Origin: Cyanophyceae cyanobacterium
Lineage (GTDB): Bacteria; Cyanobacteriota; Cyanobacteriia; Cyanobacteriales; JBHJGN01
DNA: 64,000 nucleotides
NCBI GenBank assembly: GCA_050331735.1
Contig: JBHJGN010000037.1
Location: forward strand, 32,001-96,000
Reading direction: 5' to 3'
This document shows, in pieces, positions 10,331-20,551 of the stretch. The notes under the pieces are model-generated. The model saw only the letters and a list, made by a program, of their open reading frames with translations. It did no database searches and had not been told where the DNA came from. A program made the translations under genes and the position numbers. Position 1 is the stretch's first letter. Every line of letters begins with the position of its first letter.

Positions 10331-10414
10331 AGGTCAACCGTAATGGATTTAAATGAATTTTTGTAATGTTCTGTAATATTATATAAGTAATAGGAATTAT
10401 CAGTAATTTGAAAT

Positions 10415-10546
10415 ATGGAATCTGCAACAGTTCTTAGCATCGGTATTGGTGCGGTCGTGATCGCGATTACGGCTTTATCCATTTACACCTCTTTCGGACC
10501 GCCATCGGCTGAACTGGGCGATCCCTTTGAAGATCATGAAGACTAG
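10415..10546 (+). CDS. psbN: PsbN, 43 aa
   Basis: Hand translation MESATVLSIGIGAVVIAITALSIYTSFGPPSAELGDPFEDHED; divergent from psbH as usual. Confidence 0.95.
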   Translation: MESATVLSIGIGAVVIAITALSIYTSFGPPSAELGDPFEDHED

Positions 10547-10572
10547 AGCCTCATCGGTAGAATAGACATAGC

Positions 10573-13500
10573 TCATTTGAGTGGATGTGCCCTCAGCCTC
10601 AAACTGGTAATTTTCCAGGGCTTGACGGGCAAATATGGCTTGCTCTCCGCTGAGGGAAGGGGCCGTTCTAACCCATCGACTCGGGAAGTAATCTCCCAAT
10701 CAAGATCGCCCGTTACCGCAAGCTGTGTCTCTTCTCCCCAGCATTCGTAACAGCGCATCACCCATTCATGGGCGGTTCCCTCCGACTGCTTGAGCGCCAT
10801 TAAAACCACATTGTTTGAGGACAAATTGAGAAACTGGTGAGTGGGAGAGAGTTGAGCATCCGCTGTGCGGCCTGCTTCCCTGACCTGAAGGGGAATATTC
10901 AGCTCATAGCCGGCACGGACGGTCTGTGCTGCTTGCCAGTCCCCTTGATGGGGATAAAGGGCATAGGTAAAGTGATGAATTCCGCGGTCGGCATTGGAAT
11001 CGGGCCAGCGAGAAGCCCGCAGGAGGGTGAGTCGCAGCGACTGAGGCTGGCTATCGTAGCCGTACTTACAGTCGTTGAGTAAACTGACTCCGTAGCGGTA
11101 ACGAACATCGGTTAAATCTGCCCACCGGAGAGCGGGTATTTCCCACTTTGCTCGCTCCGCAGGCGTCTGTGGCTGCGTGGGGCGCTGAATGGCCCCGCAG
11201 GGAATTTCGCAGGTGACGGTATTGCTGGTAATGCTCAGGGGAAAAGCCGCTTTGACTAACACGTGACTTTCCTGCCAGTCTACCGTCGTGGCAATCTTGA
11301 GGAGTGGCGATCGCGCTTGCAGAATATAGTCTTGGCAAAACTCCGACTGTCCGAGCCGTCGCCTGACTCGCACCCGCCACTGCACTGGCCCCTGGTCGAT
11401 CCACTCAATGGAAATTAGTTGCGCTGGGGGTAAAGGATGCTGAGCGTAGTCGGGGTCAATATTCCAAGCATCCCAGTACTGACCGCGATCACGAAAAGCC
11501 TGAAGCTGATTGCCTGGGCCTCCCAGCACTTCCCGCTGCTCAGCTTGATCAAATATGCTATCTAGGTTTCCGGTGACTGGATTAATGACTACCCGCAGCT
11601 TCTCGTTTTCTAACACAAACTCTCGGTTGAGGTTCAGTGGTTGCGTCTGTTGCAGAGACGGGCAAATCCAGTAGAGACGGTAGCCTACTGAGGGAGTTTC
11701 TGCCACAAACAGCAGCGACTGTTCGCTGCACTGGGTCGGTATCTGATTCCCCTCGAGATCAATCACGGTCCGGTTGTTTTGAGCAATCGGATAGGCGACA
11801 ACCTCAGTACGCTGCCAGTTAAGGGCATTGAAAACCACCACAGGCTGAGCCTCTGGGTGAGGCGGTTGGGGAAAGGCAATGTGGGAGGCGATCGCCTCGA
11901 GAGACTCGGACACTATTTTGGTTCCTGCCTGGACGACGGCTTGCCAAGCTTGATTGGCATCGACGAATACTTCTGGAATCGACGTACCGGGGAGAATATC
12001 GTGGAACTGATTAAACAGTAACTTTTTCCAAGCTTGCTTTATTGGCTCTTGGGGATAGGAATAAGGCGCAGCAGTACTGGACGTGCAGATGGCGGCCAGA
12101 GTGGCCCACAGTTCGGCTTGGTAGAGCAACCCTTCCCCATAGCGATTGAAATATTTTTGCTCTGCATGAGTCGTATAGCAGCCACGATGCAGTTCTAGGT
12201 ACAGTTCATCGTTCCAGGTAGGAAAGGAGGAGGCAGTGACTAGTGCAGGAGAAGGCGGGGAGGAAGATTGAGGCTCAGCACTGGCAATCTGTTCCAGATA
12301 TTGGGTGGCCGTGGTCCACTGGAAACGGGGGAAGAAGGGAGATTGGGCTGCGCGTTGCTGCACCTCCAGCATATCTCGACTCGGACCACCGCCGTGATCG
12401 CCAACGCCGGGTAGCCAGAAAGCATCTTTTAAGTGAGTTTGTTGCTCCCAGTCCACGGCATAGCGAGACATAATGACTGGATTAGTATCCATCACCCCGG
12501 CCAGATTCGGTGGCGACATCAGCGTAAGTAGCCGGGTACCGTCGGGAGACTGCCACCAAAAAACACCGTGGGGAAAGGGAGTGCTGTCGTTCCAGTGCAG
12601 CTTTCCGGTGACGAAGTATTCAATGCCACCCGCTTTCAGAATTTGCGGCAGTTGCCAGGTAAACCCGAAGCTATCTGGTAGCCAAGCAACTTTAGTAAGC
12701 TGGCCAAATTTTTCTTGGGTGTAGCGCTGTCCGTAGAGGAGTTGCCGAATTAAGGATTCTCCGCTCAGTAAGTTCGCGTCTGGCTCGACCCACATGCCTC
12801 CTACCACTTCCCAGCGTCCCGCCATCACTGCCGCTTGCACGGCTTTAAACAATTCTGGGCGATGCTCCTCGATCCAGGCGTAGAGAGCAGGGGTTGAGTG
12901 ACAAAAGGTTAGATGAGGAAACTCCTGCTGGAGACCGAGCACAGAAGTAAACGTGCGTTCCGCTACCTCCCAGGTTTCCTCGACTGGCCATAGCCAAGCT
13001 AAATCGAGATGGGCATGACCGAGTAAATGCAGACAGCGCTGCTGAATGCCCGCAGCGAGGGGAAGGAGACGGTGACGGAGTTGCCGCAGCGATCGCTCAA
13101 ACTGCTCCGCATTCGTGACCAGCTTCCAATCAATAGCAGTCAAAATGGTAGCTAAGGTTGCTAACTTTTCCGGTGCAAACGCTTCTAGATAGTTGTGTAA
13201 CACCGTGAGTTCATCGGCAACAAAACCAGGATCGACCAATTTTAAGTCTTGACTATCGGGGTCTTGTGGCTTTTCTGTTTCGTAAACACACCTCGACTGC
13301 ATCAGCGCCCCAATATCGTGGCCTGGACTGACAAGGCGCAGGGTCACGATGATGATGTTGCCAGGAGTGGCAGCATCAGTCAGCAGCACTCTGGCTGAAG
13401 AATCAAATAAGTCTCCTTCCTGCACCAGTTGCCCGTTAACATAGATTTTTGCCTCTTCTGCCCACCAGGTCAGAACGAGCCGCAGGGAGAGACCCGCTAA

Positions 13501-13764
13501 AGGATAACCCTGTAGATGCTGAGGAATCACAAACTGCTGGGCCAACCAGCGAACGCGGCGACCGGCTGGCCAGGTAATGTATCTCTTGTCATTGAGTGGA
13601 GACAGTTGCCAGTCTGAAGGTTTAATGACCTGCGCTGGACTCGTTCTATCAGCAAAATTGAGTTCGCCAGCATAGCAATGCCACCCAGCTTGGACATCAA
13701 CCTGAGTGAGCTGGCGAAGATTCTCAATGGTTTGGGAAATAGCGTGAGCAGGTGAGTGATCCAT
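10573..13764 (-). CDS. alpha-mannosidase (GH38)
   Basis: HAHLDLAWLW, GGMWVEPD, WLPDSFG, GDHGGG, ELYLELHRG, QFHDILPG. Confidence 0.93.
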   Translation of the reverse strand: MDHSPAHAISQTIENLRQLTQVDVQAGWHCYAGELNFADRTSPAQVIKPSDWQLSPLNDKRYITWPAGRRVRWLAQQFVIPQHLQGYPLAGLSLRLVLTWWAEEAKIYVNGQLVQEGDLFDSSARVLLTDAATPGNIIIVTLRLVSPGHDIGALMQSRCVYETEKPQDPDSQDLKLVDPGFVADELTVLHNYLEAFAPEKLATLATILTAIDWKLVTNAEQFERSLRQLRHRLLPLAAGIQQRCLHLLGHAHLDLAWLWPVEETWEVAERTFTSVLGLQQEFPHLTFCHSTPALYAWIEEHRPELFKAVQAAVMAGRWEVVGGMWVEPDANLLSGESLIRQLLYGQRYTQEKFGQLTKVAWLPDSFGFTWQLPQILKAGGIEYFVTGKLHWNDSTPFPHGVFWWQSPDGTRLLTLMSPPNLAGVMDTNPVIMSRYAVDWEQQTHLKDAFWLPGVGDHGGGPSRDMLEVQQRAAQSPFFPRFQWTTATQYLEQIASAEPQSSSPPSPALVTASSFPTWNDELYLELHRGCYTTHAEQKYFNRYGEGLLYQAELWATLAAICTSSTAAPYSYPQEPIKQAWKKLLFNQFHDILPGTSIPEVFVDANQAWQAVVQAGTKIVSESLEAIASHIAFPQPPHPEAQPVVVFNALNWQRTEVVAYPIAQNNRTVIDLEGNQIPTQCSEQSLLFVAETPSVGYRLYWICPSLQQTQPLNLNREFVLENEKLRVVINPVTGNLDSIFDQAEQREVLGGPGNQLQAFRDRGQYWDAWNIDPDYAQHPLPPAQLISIEWIDQGPVQWRVRVRRRLGQSEFCQDYILQARSPLLKIATTVDWQESHVLVKAAFPLSITSNTVTCEIPCGAIQRPTQPQTPAERAKWEIPALRWADLTDVRYRYGVSLLNDCKYGYDSQPQSLRLTLLRASRWPDSNADRGIHHFTYALYPHQGDWQAAQTVRAGYELNIPLQVREAGRTADAQLSPTHQFLNLSSNNVVLMALKQSEGTAHEWVMRCYECWGEETQLAVTGDLDWEITSRVDGLERPLPSAESKPYLPVKPWKITSLRLRAHPLK

Positions 13765-13864
13765 GATAAGAGGGGACAGAGGAAGAGGGATTAAGTTTCT
13801 ATTCCTTTATTTCCATACCACATTCAACACGCTATATCTGTTTGGTTTATTAGTCACTGATCGC

Positions 13865-15628
13865 TCACTGTCTTGCTTCACTCGTCAATTCCTGATTGAG
13901 GGGAGCTTTTTGCCAGTGGTTTTCATGAACGACGGTATGCACTTGCCAGTCGGGGGAGGGGTGAGGGTAATCGGTGCGGTAGTGTCCACCGCGACTTTCT
14001 TGACGAAAAGCAGCGCTTTTAAGAATCAAATAGGCAATATCGAGCAGATTAAAAGTTTCTGCGGCAGCTTTTACCTGTTCTGCGGCGGCTTCTTCCAGGT
14101 CAACGCTGTGGGTCGGTGACAGGAAAAGATACTGAGCTAACTCAGAGATGGCTACCTCCTCTCGCCAAGACTGGACTCGAGCGATCGCCTTTTCCAAAAG
14201 GACTTGAGAGCGGCAAATTCCGGCACTTTCCCACATCAATCGGGGTAACTCGGCCCGGACGACCCTCAAGGTTGCTAGCTGTGCCTCTAGCGGTCGGTGC
14301 CCAGTGGTAGTAGTGACGTCGCCTACAGGAACGTCAGCGGCTTCTAGTTCCAGATGAGCCAACTGCTGTGCAAACACCAAACACTCTAGGAGAGAGTTGC
14401 TGGCTAAACGATTGGCCCCATGAACGCCAGTGCTGGCAGTTTCGCCGATGGCGTATAGCCCGGGAATCGACGTTTGATTCGTTATGTCAGTGGCAATGCC
14501 TCCCATCCAGTAGTGGGCAGCGGGAGCAACGGGAATTGGTTCTTTGAAGACATCAATGCCCCACTGCTGACAAACCTTGATGATGTTGGGAAAGCGGCGA
14601 CGAATGCGTTCTGGCTCGATGGGTTGCAAATCTAAATAGACATGAGCGCGTTCAGGATGAGCCGCTGTTTTCTGGAGGTGACTAAATATGGCGCGACTGA
14701 CGACATCTCTGGGGGCTAATTCTCCGGCAGGATGATAGTCAAAAGCAAAGCGGGAGCCGCTGGCATCGATTAGGGAGGCTCCTTCGCCCCGCACCGCTTC
14801 GCTGATTAGAAACCGCGGCGCACCTGGCTTGGTTAAAGCCGTGGGGTGAAACTGAAAGAACTCCAAATCGCGCACTGCTGCCCCAGCGCGCCACGCCAGC
14901 GCCACGCCATCTCCGGTACTGACGGCTGGATTGGTGGTTTGGGCAAACACCTGACCGCCGCCTCCGGTGGCTAAAATCACGGCACGACAGCGCAGCCACT
15001 GAATCTGATTACGGTAAAGAAAACTAATTCCTTGACAGCGACCCCGATCCACCCACAAACTTAACGCTAGCGCCTGCGACAGGACTTGAATATTGGTTTG
15101 CTCTAGCACTCGTTCGGTAAGAGTGCTGACAATCGCTCGTCCGGTGGTATCGGCAGCATGAAGAACGCGAGGGTGAGAATGGGCTGCCTCTAGAGTCATG
15201 GCTAGCTGGGCGCCTTGACGGTCAAAAGCCACGCCTAAATCCACTAACGAGGCGATGGCTGCTGCGGCACGATCCACTAGAAATTGAACCGCAGCGCGAT
15301 CGCACAATCCCCCTCCTGCTTTGAGAGTATCTTCCCGGTGCAGTTGGGGAGAATCGGCTGGACTAATGGCGGCGGCAATGCCTCCTTGGGCCCAGTCGCT
15401 TGCCCCAGTATGCAAAGTATCTTTGGTAATCAGCGCGACGCGCCAACGAGCGGGTAAACAGAGCGCGGCATACAGTCCCGCGGCTCCAGTACCTACGACT
15501 AGCACATCAAACTGGGTGGCGAGCCGTTGAGAGTCAAGTGGAAGTGGCGCTTGAGAAGAATTCAATGAGCTACGGTACAGAACTAAAATTTTAGTAAAAA
15601 CCCACCCCGCTGTGGAGTGGGTGAACAA
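13865..15628 (-). CDS. nadB: L-aspartate oxidase (true start probably ~15565)
   Basis: GTGAAGL, AQGGIAA, EAAHS, QFHPT, SEAVRGEG, HGANRLASNSLLE, ESRGGH. Confidence 0.95.
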   Translation of the reverse strand: MFTHSTAGWVFTKILVLYRSSLNSSQAPLPLDSQRLATQFDVLVVGTGAAGLYAALCLPARWRVALITKDTLHTGASDWAQGGIAAAISPADSPQLHREDTLKAGGGLCDRAAVQFLVDRAAAAIASLVDLGVAFDRQGAQLAMTLEAAHSHPRVLHAADTTGRAIVSTLTERVLEQTNIQVLSQALALSLWVDRGRCQGISFLYRNQIQWLRCRAVILATGGGGQVFAQTTNPAVSTGDGVALAWRAGAAVRDLEFFQFHPTALTKPGAPRFLISEAVRGEGASLIDASGSRFAFDYHPAGELAPRDVVSRAIFSHLQKTAAHPERAHVYLDLQPIEPERIRRRFPNIIKVCQQWGIDVFKEPIPVAPAAHYWMGGIATDITNQTSIPGLYAIGETASTGVHGANRLASNSLLECLVFAQQLAHLELEAADVPVGDVTTTTGHRPLEAQLATLRVVRAELPRLMWESAGICRSQVLLEKAIARVQSWREEVAISELAQYLFLSPTHSVDLEEAAAEQVKAAAETFNLLDIAYLILKSAAFRQESRGGHYRTDYPHPSPDWQVHTVVHENHWQKAPLNQELTSEARQ

Positions 15629-15679
15629 GGCTATTGGCAGATTGCGATGCAGGCGACAGGCTCTGATGACGCTAAACGA

Positions 15680-16102
15680 TTAATAGTAACCGGGATTATA
15701 GCGATCGCCGCCTTCGGTAAAGACGTCGGCAGGAGGAGTCAGCGTAAACTGCTCGAGATTGGCCTGTAAACGCTCTTTTTGGCGATCGCTCAAACCCGGA
15801 ATGTTGAGCACGTCCTCAACATTCTCATACGGAGCGTTGTCAACAATTTTACGAGCTAAGTTGGGGTAAAAGCCCCGCAGATCGCGAAACAGACGCACAT
15901 TGGCGTTGTTGAGATCGATTTTTTGACCGTACTCGGTACTCAGCTTGAAGTCTGCCGGATTGCGCAACTGAGACTCAGCCGCCAAAAAAATGGACGATGA
16001 TGGCACAGTCAAACTATTGAGGCTGGCTGCTTGGGCTGAGCCGCCTACCCAAATGCCTAGAATTGCTGCACACGTCACTAATACGTACACCAGTTTTTTC
16101 AA
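15680..16102 (-). CDS. psbU: photosystem II extrinsic protein PsbU
   Basis: Signal peptide, [24 protein letters not shown]. Confidence 0.95.
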   Translation of the reverse strand: MKKLVYVLVTCAAILGIWVGGSAQAASLNSLTVPSSSIFLAAESQLRNPADFKLSTEYGQKIDLNNANVRLFRDLRGFYPNLARKIVDNAPYENVEDVLNIPGLSDRQKERLQANLEQFTLTPPADVFTEGGDRYNPGYY

Positions 16103-16435
16103 TTTTATTCCTCCTTGTTAATCAATTGTGTATTTTTCCTTCTGTTGCGATCGCTGCTCAAAAGAATCAGGATAATGAAGCAGATACCACAGTTCAAAGG
16201 ACTTTATGCTTTTGTTTAGTATTTTTTATACTATCGCGTTCCGGGATGATGCAGTCAAGGACAACGGCGAAAAACCTAAACGACGGCACTAACAGTCATT
16301 CATGATTGGTAATGGTTGACGCAGAGGGAACTAGCTTGGCGAGTTTTTTAAACACCGAAAACCCGATCGGAAAACCGTAGTTTTATGGCAAAATCAAAGA
16401 AAGTGTTTCAACAAATTGATTAGGAAGATTGAATT

Positions 16436-17071
16436 ATGTCTCTTCAACTAGGCGATACCGTCCCAGATTTCAAGCAGGCTTCGAGCGAAGGCGAAGTTTC
16501 ATTCTACGACTGGGCTGGCGATGGCTGGGTGGTGCTGTTTTCTCACCCGGCAGATTATACTCCCGTTTGCACCACTGAGTTAGGCGAAGTGGCTAAGCTC
16601 AAGCCAGAGTTTGATAAGCGTAACGTTAAAGTGATTGCCCTCAGCGTTGATGACGTAGACTCTCATCAGGGCTGGATCGGCGACATCAACGAGACTCAGC
16701 AGACCAACATTAACTACCCCATTTTGGCGGATGCCGATAAAAAAGTGTCTGACCTCTACGGCATGATCCACCCTAACGCCAACGATAAAGTCACGGTACG
16801 GACAGTCTTTGTTATCGATCCAGAGCGCAAACTCCGCTTAACTTTGACCTATCCTCCCAGTACGGGACGTAACTTTGACGAAATTCTACGAGTGATCGAT
16901 TCTCTTCAGCTAACCGATAATTACAGCGTCGCTACTCCAGTAAACTGGAAAGAGGGAGATGATGTCGTCGTTGCTCCTTCTATTCCAACCGAAGAAGCCA
17001 AGCAAAAATTTTCTAAGGGAGTGACAGAGATTAAGCCTTACCTGCGGATGACTCCTCAGCCTGATAAGTAA
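16436..17071 (+). CDS. 1-Cys peroxiredoxin (Prx6)
   Basis: FSHPADYTPVCTTE, GRNFDEILR. Confidence 0.95.
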   Translation: MSLQLGDTVPDFKQASSEGEVSFYDWAGDGWVVLFSHPADYTPVCTTELGEVAKLKPEFDKRNVKVIALSVDDVDSHQGWIGDINETQQTNINYPILADADKKVSDLYGMIHPNANDKVTVRTVFVIDPERKLRLTLTYPPSTGRNFDEILRVIDSLQLTDNYSVATPVNWKEGDDVVVAPSIPTEEAKQKFSKGVTEIKPYLRMTPQPDK

Positions 17072-17099
17072 AAGGGCGTTGGTCTTGGTCGTAAAATGA

Positions 17100-17123
17100 G
17101 TAGGGTGGGCAAGGCCCACCTTA
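17100..17123 (+). repeat. REP-like palindrome or terminator
   Basis: GTAG foot followed by the hairpin GGTGGGC-AAG-GCCCACC. Confidence 0.5.
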
Positions 17124-17172
17124 TTTTGCAGATTACTGCAGAGATGGCCCCGTTACACCGTAAGCTATAGGT

Positions 17173-18153
17173 ATGGATATTAAAGACGGTTTTGTAGGTA
17201 CAGTTGGCAACACTCCTTTGATTCGGCTTCATAGCTTCAGCGAGGAAACGGGGTGCGAAATTTTAGGCAAGGCAGAATTTCTGAATCCTGGAGGCTCTGT
17301 CAAAGACCGGGCTGCTCTCTATATTATTCAAGATGCCGAACGAAAAGGTTTGCTCAAGCCAGGAGGAACCGTTGTCGAAGGCACGGCAGGCAATACGGGC
17401 ATTGGTTTAACGCACATCTGTAATGCCAAAGGGTATCGCTGTCTCATTATCATTCCCGAAACTCAGTCCCAAGAGAAGATCGATACGTTAAAAACTCTCG
17501 GAGCCGAAGTTCGGACTGTTCCGGCTGTCCCTTATCGAGATCCCAACAACTATGTCAAGGTATCGGGGCGATTAGCCGAGGAGATGGAGAACGCCATTTG
17601 GGCGAATCAGTTTGACAACTTGGCAAACCGCCAGGCGCACTACGAAACCACCGGTCCAGAAATTTGGGCGCAGACGGACGGCAAAATTGATGTTTGGGTG
17701 GCCGCTACCGGAACTGGCGGAACCTACGCCGGAGCCGCTCTGTTTTTTAAAGAAAAAACTCCTGATATTCGCTGCGTGGTGGCAGATCCAATGGGTAGCG
17801 GACTTTACAGCTATATTAAAACGGGAGAAATTAATCCCGAAGGTAGCTCCATTACCGAAGGCATTGGCAACAGCCGCATCACCGCCAATATGAAAGGAGT
17901 GCCCATCGATGATGCGGTGCAAGTAGATGACCCTGAAGCAGTCCGGGTTATCTACCAGCTCTTGCAAAAAGAAGGACTATTTATGGGAGGCTCAGTGGGC
18001 ATCAACGTGGGTGCTGCCGTTGCCCTTGCCAAGGAAATGGGACCAGGACATACCATTGTGACGGTGTTATGCGATAGCGGGCAGCGGTATCAGTCGCGGC
18101 TCTACAACCGAGAGTGGCTATCGTCTAAAGGACTCCTGCCTGAAGGACTATGA
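17173..18153 (+). CDS. cysteine synthase family PLP enzyme
   Basis: GNTPL, NPGGSVKDR, GTGGT, TEGIG. Confidence 0.92.
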   Translation: MDIKDGFVGTVGNTPLIRLHSFSEETGCEILGKAEFLNPGGSVKDRAALYIIQDAERKGLLKPGGTVVEGTAGNTGIGLTHICNAKGYRCLIIIPETQSQEKIDTLKTLGAEVRTVPAVPYRDPNNYVKVSGRLAEEMENAIWANQFDNLANRQAHYETTGPEIWAQTDGKIDVWVAATGTGGTYAGAALFFKEKTPDIRCVVADPMGSGLYSYIKTGEINPEGSSITEGIGNSRITANMKGVPIDDAVQVDDPEAVRVIYQLLQKEGLFMGGSVGINVGAAVALAKEMGPGHTIVTVLCDSGQRYQSRLYNREWLSSKGLLPEGL

Positions 18154-18443
18154 GCAACCCCATTAAAACAGTATTAGTGTGTCAAAACCGGACCTGCCGC
18201 AAGGATGGTGCTAAGAAAGTTTTGGCAGCTTTTAAATCCCATGACGTGCCGGACGTAAAAATTGTTGCCTGCGGCTGTTTGGGACAGTGCGGCAGTGGTC
18301 CGATGGTGCTCGTAGAGCCGGAGCAGGTGTGGTACGCTCAGGTACAGCCAAAAGAGGTTCCCGTCGTCGTTAAGTCTCATTTGCGAGGCAACTGTCCGGT
18401 TAAAGCAATGCTCTACCCCAAGTTTCATCGTCATCAGGCTTAG
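18150..18443 (+). CDS. thioredoxin-like [2Fe-2S] ferredoxin
   Basis: CQNRTC...CLGQCGSGP; ATGA overlap with the preceding gene. Confidence 0.88.
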   Translation: MSNPIKTVLVCQNRTCRKDGAKKVLAAFKSHDVPDVKIVACGCLGQCGSGPMVLVEPEQVWYAQVQPKEVPVVVKSHLRGNCPVKAMLYPKFHRHQA

Positions 18444-18471
18444 CACCTATCGATAGGGAAATTGTAACAGA

Positions 18472-18735
18472 ATGACCAACAGCAATCATCAGTTGGAGGC
18501 GGTCAGAAATATCCTAACTTCGTTAGCTGCCCTCGCTACTATCCTTGCTATCTTCTATGGTGGAGTTTGGTTTCTAGTCGGAGTTCAAGTTGGCAGCATC
18601 AAAACTCAGATTCAGGATTTGAAAGGTACTATCTCTACCAAGATCGAAGCCTCAGAAGCCAAGTTAAGAGCAGAGATTCAGATAGCCAAGGTAGAAATTC
18701 TTCAACAAGTTAGAGAAAAAAAGGGAGAGCCGTGA
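18472..18735 (+). CDS. small hypothetical protein (one TM helix + coiled coil)
   Basis: 87-aa ORF with a hydrophobic segment and a heptad-like C-terminus; no family recognised. Confidence 0.5.
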   Translation: MTNSNHQLEAVRNILTSLAALATILAIFYGGVWFLVGVQVGSIKTQIQDLKGTISTKIEASEAKLRAEIQIAKVEILQQVREKKGEP

Positions 18736-19086
18736 ATCTGAGCTATACGAGCTGATTACCCTCAAATGAAATGGAGAAATTATGGAAACTAATGCGTTAC
18801 TCCCAGAGTTGAGGAGTAAAATAGCAGCGATCGCACTTCCTCTGCGCCAGCGAGAAGCTGCAATAAGCGATAGCGAGCCTCCGGTCATCTTCTTTCTACA
18901 GATATTACACTAGCTACAGATATTACACTAGCTGCTGGAGTGTAATCGCGATTGCTACCGTATGCTCTCTGAACTCTACAAAGCTGGAGAAACGACTGGT
19001 GTAAAGAACCTTCTTGAAGAGAGCGGTGCGATCGTTTTCCACTCCAGCGGATACTGACAAAGAGCCGTAGCAAACTAATAGCAAGT

Positions 19087-20469
19087 TTAACCCTTTTTAT
19101 TAATGACCATTTTGACTCTACCTGACGGAGCAAGGGTCACGCCTCGTCGCTGCGGTTGTTCCGGTTTACTGCCAACCAAATCTAGCTCATAGTGTTTCAG
19201 GATTGTTGCTAGAACGAGCTTCATTTCCAACAGCGCTAGCGCATCGCCCACACAGCGACGAGAACCGCCACCAAAGGGCAGAAACTCCCAGTTGGCATAC
19301 TGGCGTTCTAGAAAGCGCTCTGGCTGAAACTGTTTGGGATGGGGATAAAGCTCTTCACGCTGATGCACTAAGTAAATACAGCCCATGACTGCCGTTCCCG
19401 GCTCGAGCGGATGACCCATCAGCTCGACTGGTTCTTGAGCAATTCTGGGAAACATGAGCATGGCTACCGGATAAATTCTTAAAGTCTCCTGACAGACGGC
19501 GGTGAGGTAGGGAAGTCGCGCGATGCTCATCGGGTCTTCATCAGCGCTAGCTAGCTCCTGAAGTAATTGTTCTTTGACTTCTGGCAAAAAGTGGCTCCAG
19601 TATAGCGCCCAAGCCATTGCTGTTGCTGTGGTTTCATGTCCAGCAAACAGCAGCGTCATCAGCTCGTCGCGCAGTTCCTGGTCGGTCATGGGGTTTCCCG
19701 CTTCATCCCGCGCCGATAACAGGAGAGAGAGAATGTCTTGGCGTGTTGACTCAGCCTGGGCGCGACGCTGGGTAATTTCAGCGTAAAGAAGTTGATCGAG
19801 CTGCTGCCGTTGATGCACGAAATATTTCCAGGGATTCCAGGGGAGAAAATCCTGCTGGAGAAAGCGAAAGAAGAGAAAGCTGGAGGTTAGGGGAGAGCGA
19901 AAGATCTCGGTCATTGCAGCGAGCAGTTGCTTGAGCTGCTGGCTGGCCTCGCCCTCATGGAGTCCAAAAACAGCTTCGAGAATGACCTGTAAAGAAATCT
20001 GCTGCATCACCGATCGCGCTGAGCAAGGCTGACCGACCTCTAGCTGATTCATCACCGACTTGGTGATGTGGCAAATCAGCTCGCCATAGGTTCGCAGCCG
20101 TTCTCCATGAAAAGGAGGCATGAGTAGCTGCCGTGCTCGCCGATGGCGATCGCCTTCGCGCATGATGACTGAATACTCCCCCACCAAAGGCTCAATGAGG
20201 CGGTTAGCGTAACCAGGAGCTAAAAACGTGCGGCGCTCCTGCATTAGTTGCTGAATGGCCTGGGGATGGCTAACAAACACCAAGTCGCCAAGGGTGAAGC
20301 CAATTTTGGCGGTGAAAAAATCGTCGTAGCGCTTTGCGGCTCCTTCCATAAAGCCGACGGGATTAGCGATCCAATGGGCAAGCTGGACGGGAGCAGGAGA
20401 TGATAGCAGGTTAGGAGAGGGCATAGGCTCTGTTAAATCAGGTATCAGTAACCAGTTATTGGCGAGCAA
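19087..20469 (-). CDS. cytochrome P450 (CYP110-like)
   Basis: AGHETT, ETLR, PERF, FGGGSRRCVG heme motif. Confidence 0.95.
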   Translation of the reverse strand: MLANNWLLIPDLTEPMPSPNLLSSPAPVQLAHWIANPVGFMEGAAKRYDDFFTAKIGFTLGDLVFVSHPQAIQQLMQERRTFLAPGYANRLIEPLVGEYSVIMREGDRHRRARQLLMPPFHGERLRTYGELICHITKSVMNQLEVGQPCSARSVMQQISLQVILEAVFGLHEGEASQQLKQLLAAMTEIFRSPLTSSFLFFRFLQQDFLPWNPWKYFVHQRQQLDQLLYAEITQRRAQAESTRQDILSLLLSARDEAGNPMTDQELRDELMTLLFAGHETTATAMAWALYWSHFLPEVKEQLLQELASADEDPMSIARLPYLTAVCQETLRIYPVAMLMFPRIAQEPVELMGHPLEPGTAVMGCIYLVHQREELYPHPKQFQPERFLERQYANWEFLPFGGGSRRCVGDALALLEMKLVLATILKHYELDLVGSKPEQPQRRGVTLAPSGRVKMVINKKG

Positions 20470-20551
20470 TTCATGAAGTTAACTAGTCACTCACTAAGCA
20501 CTATAGCTGAACACTCAGCACTGTCCATCGGTAACTGCTCACGGGTCACTG

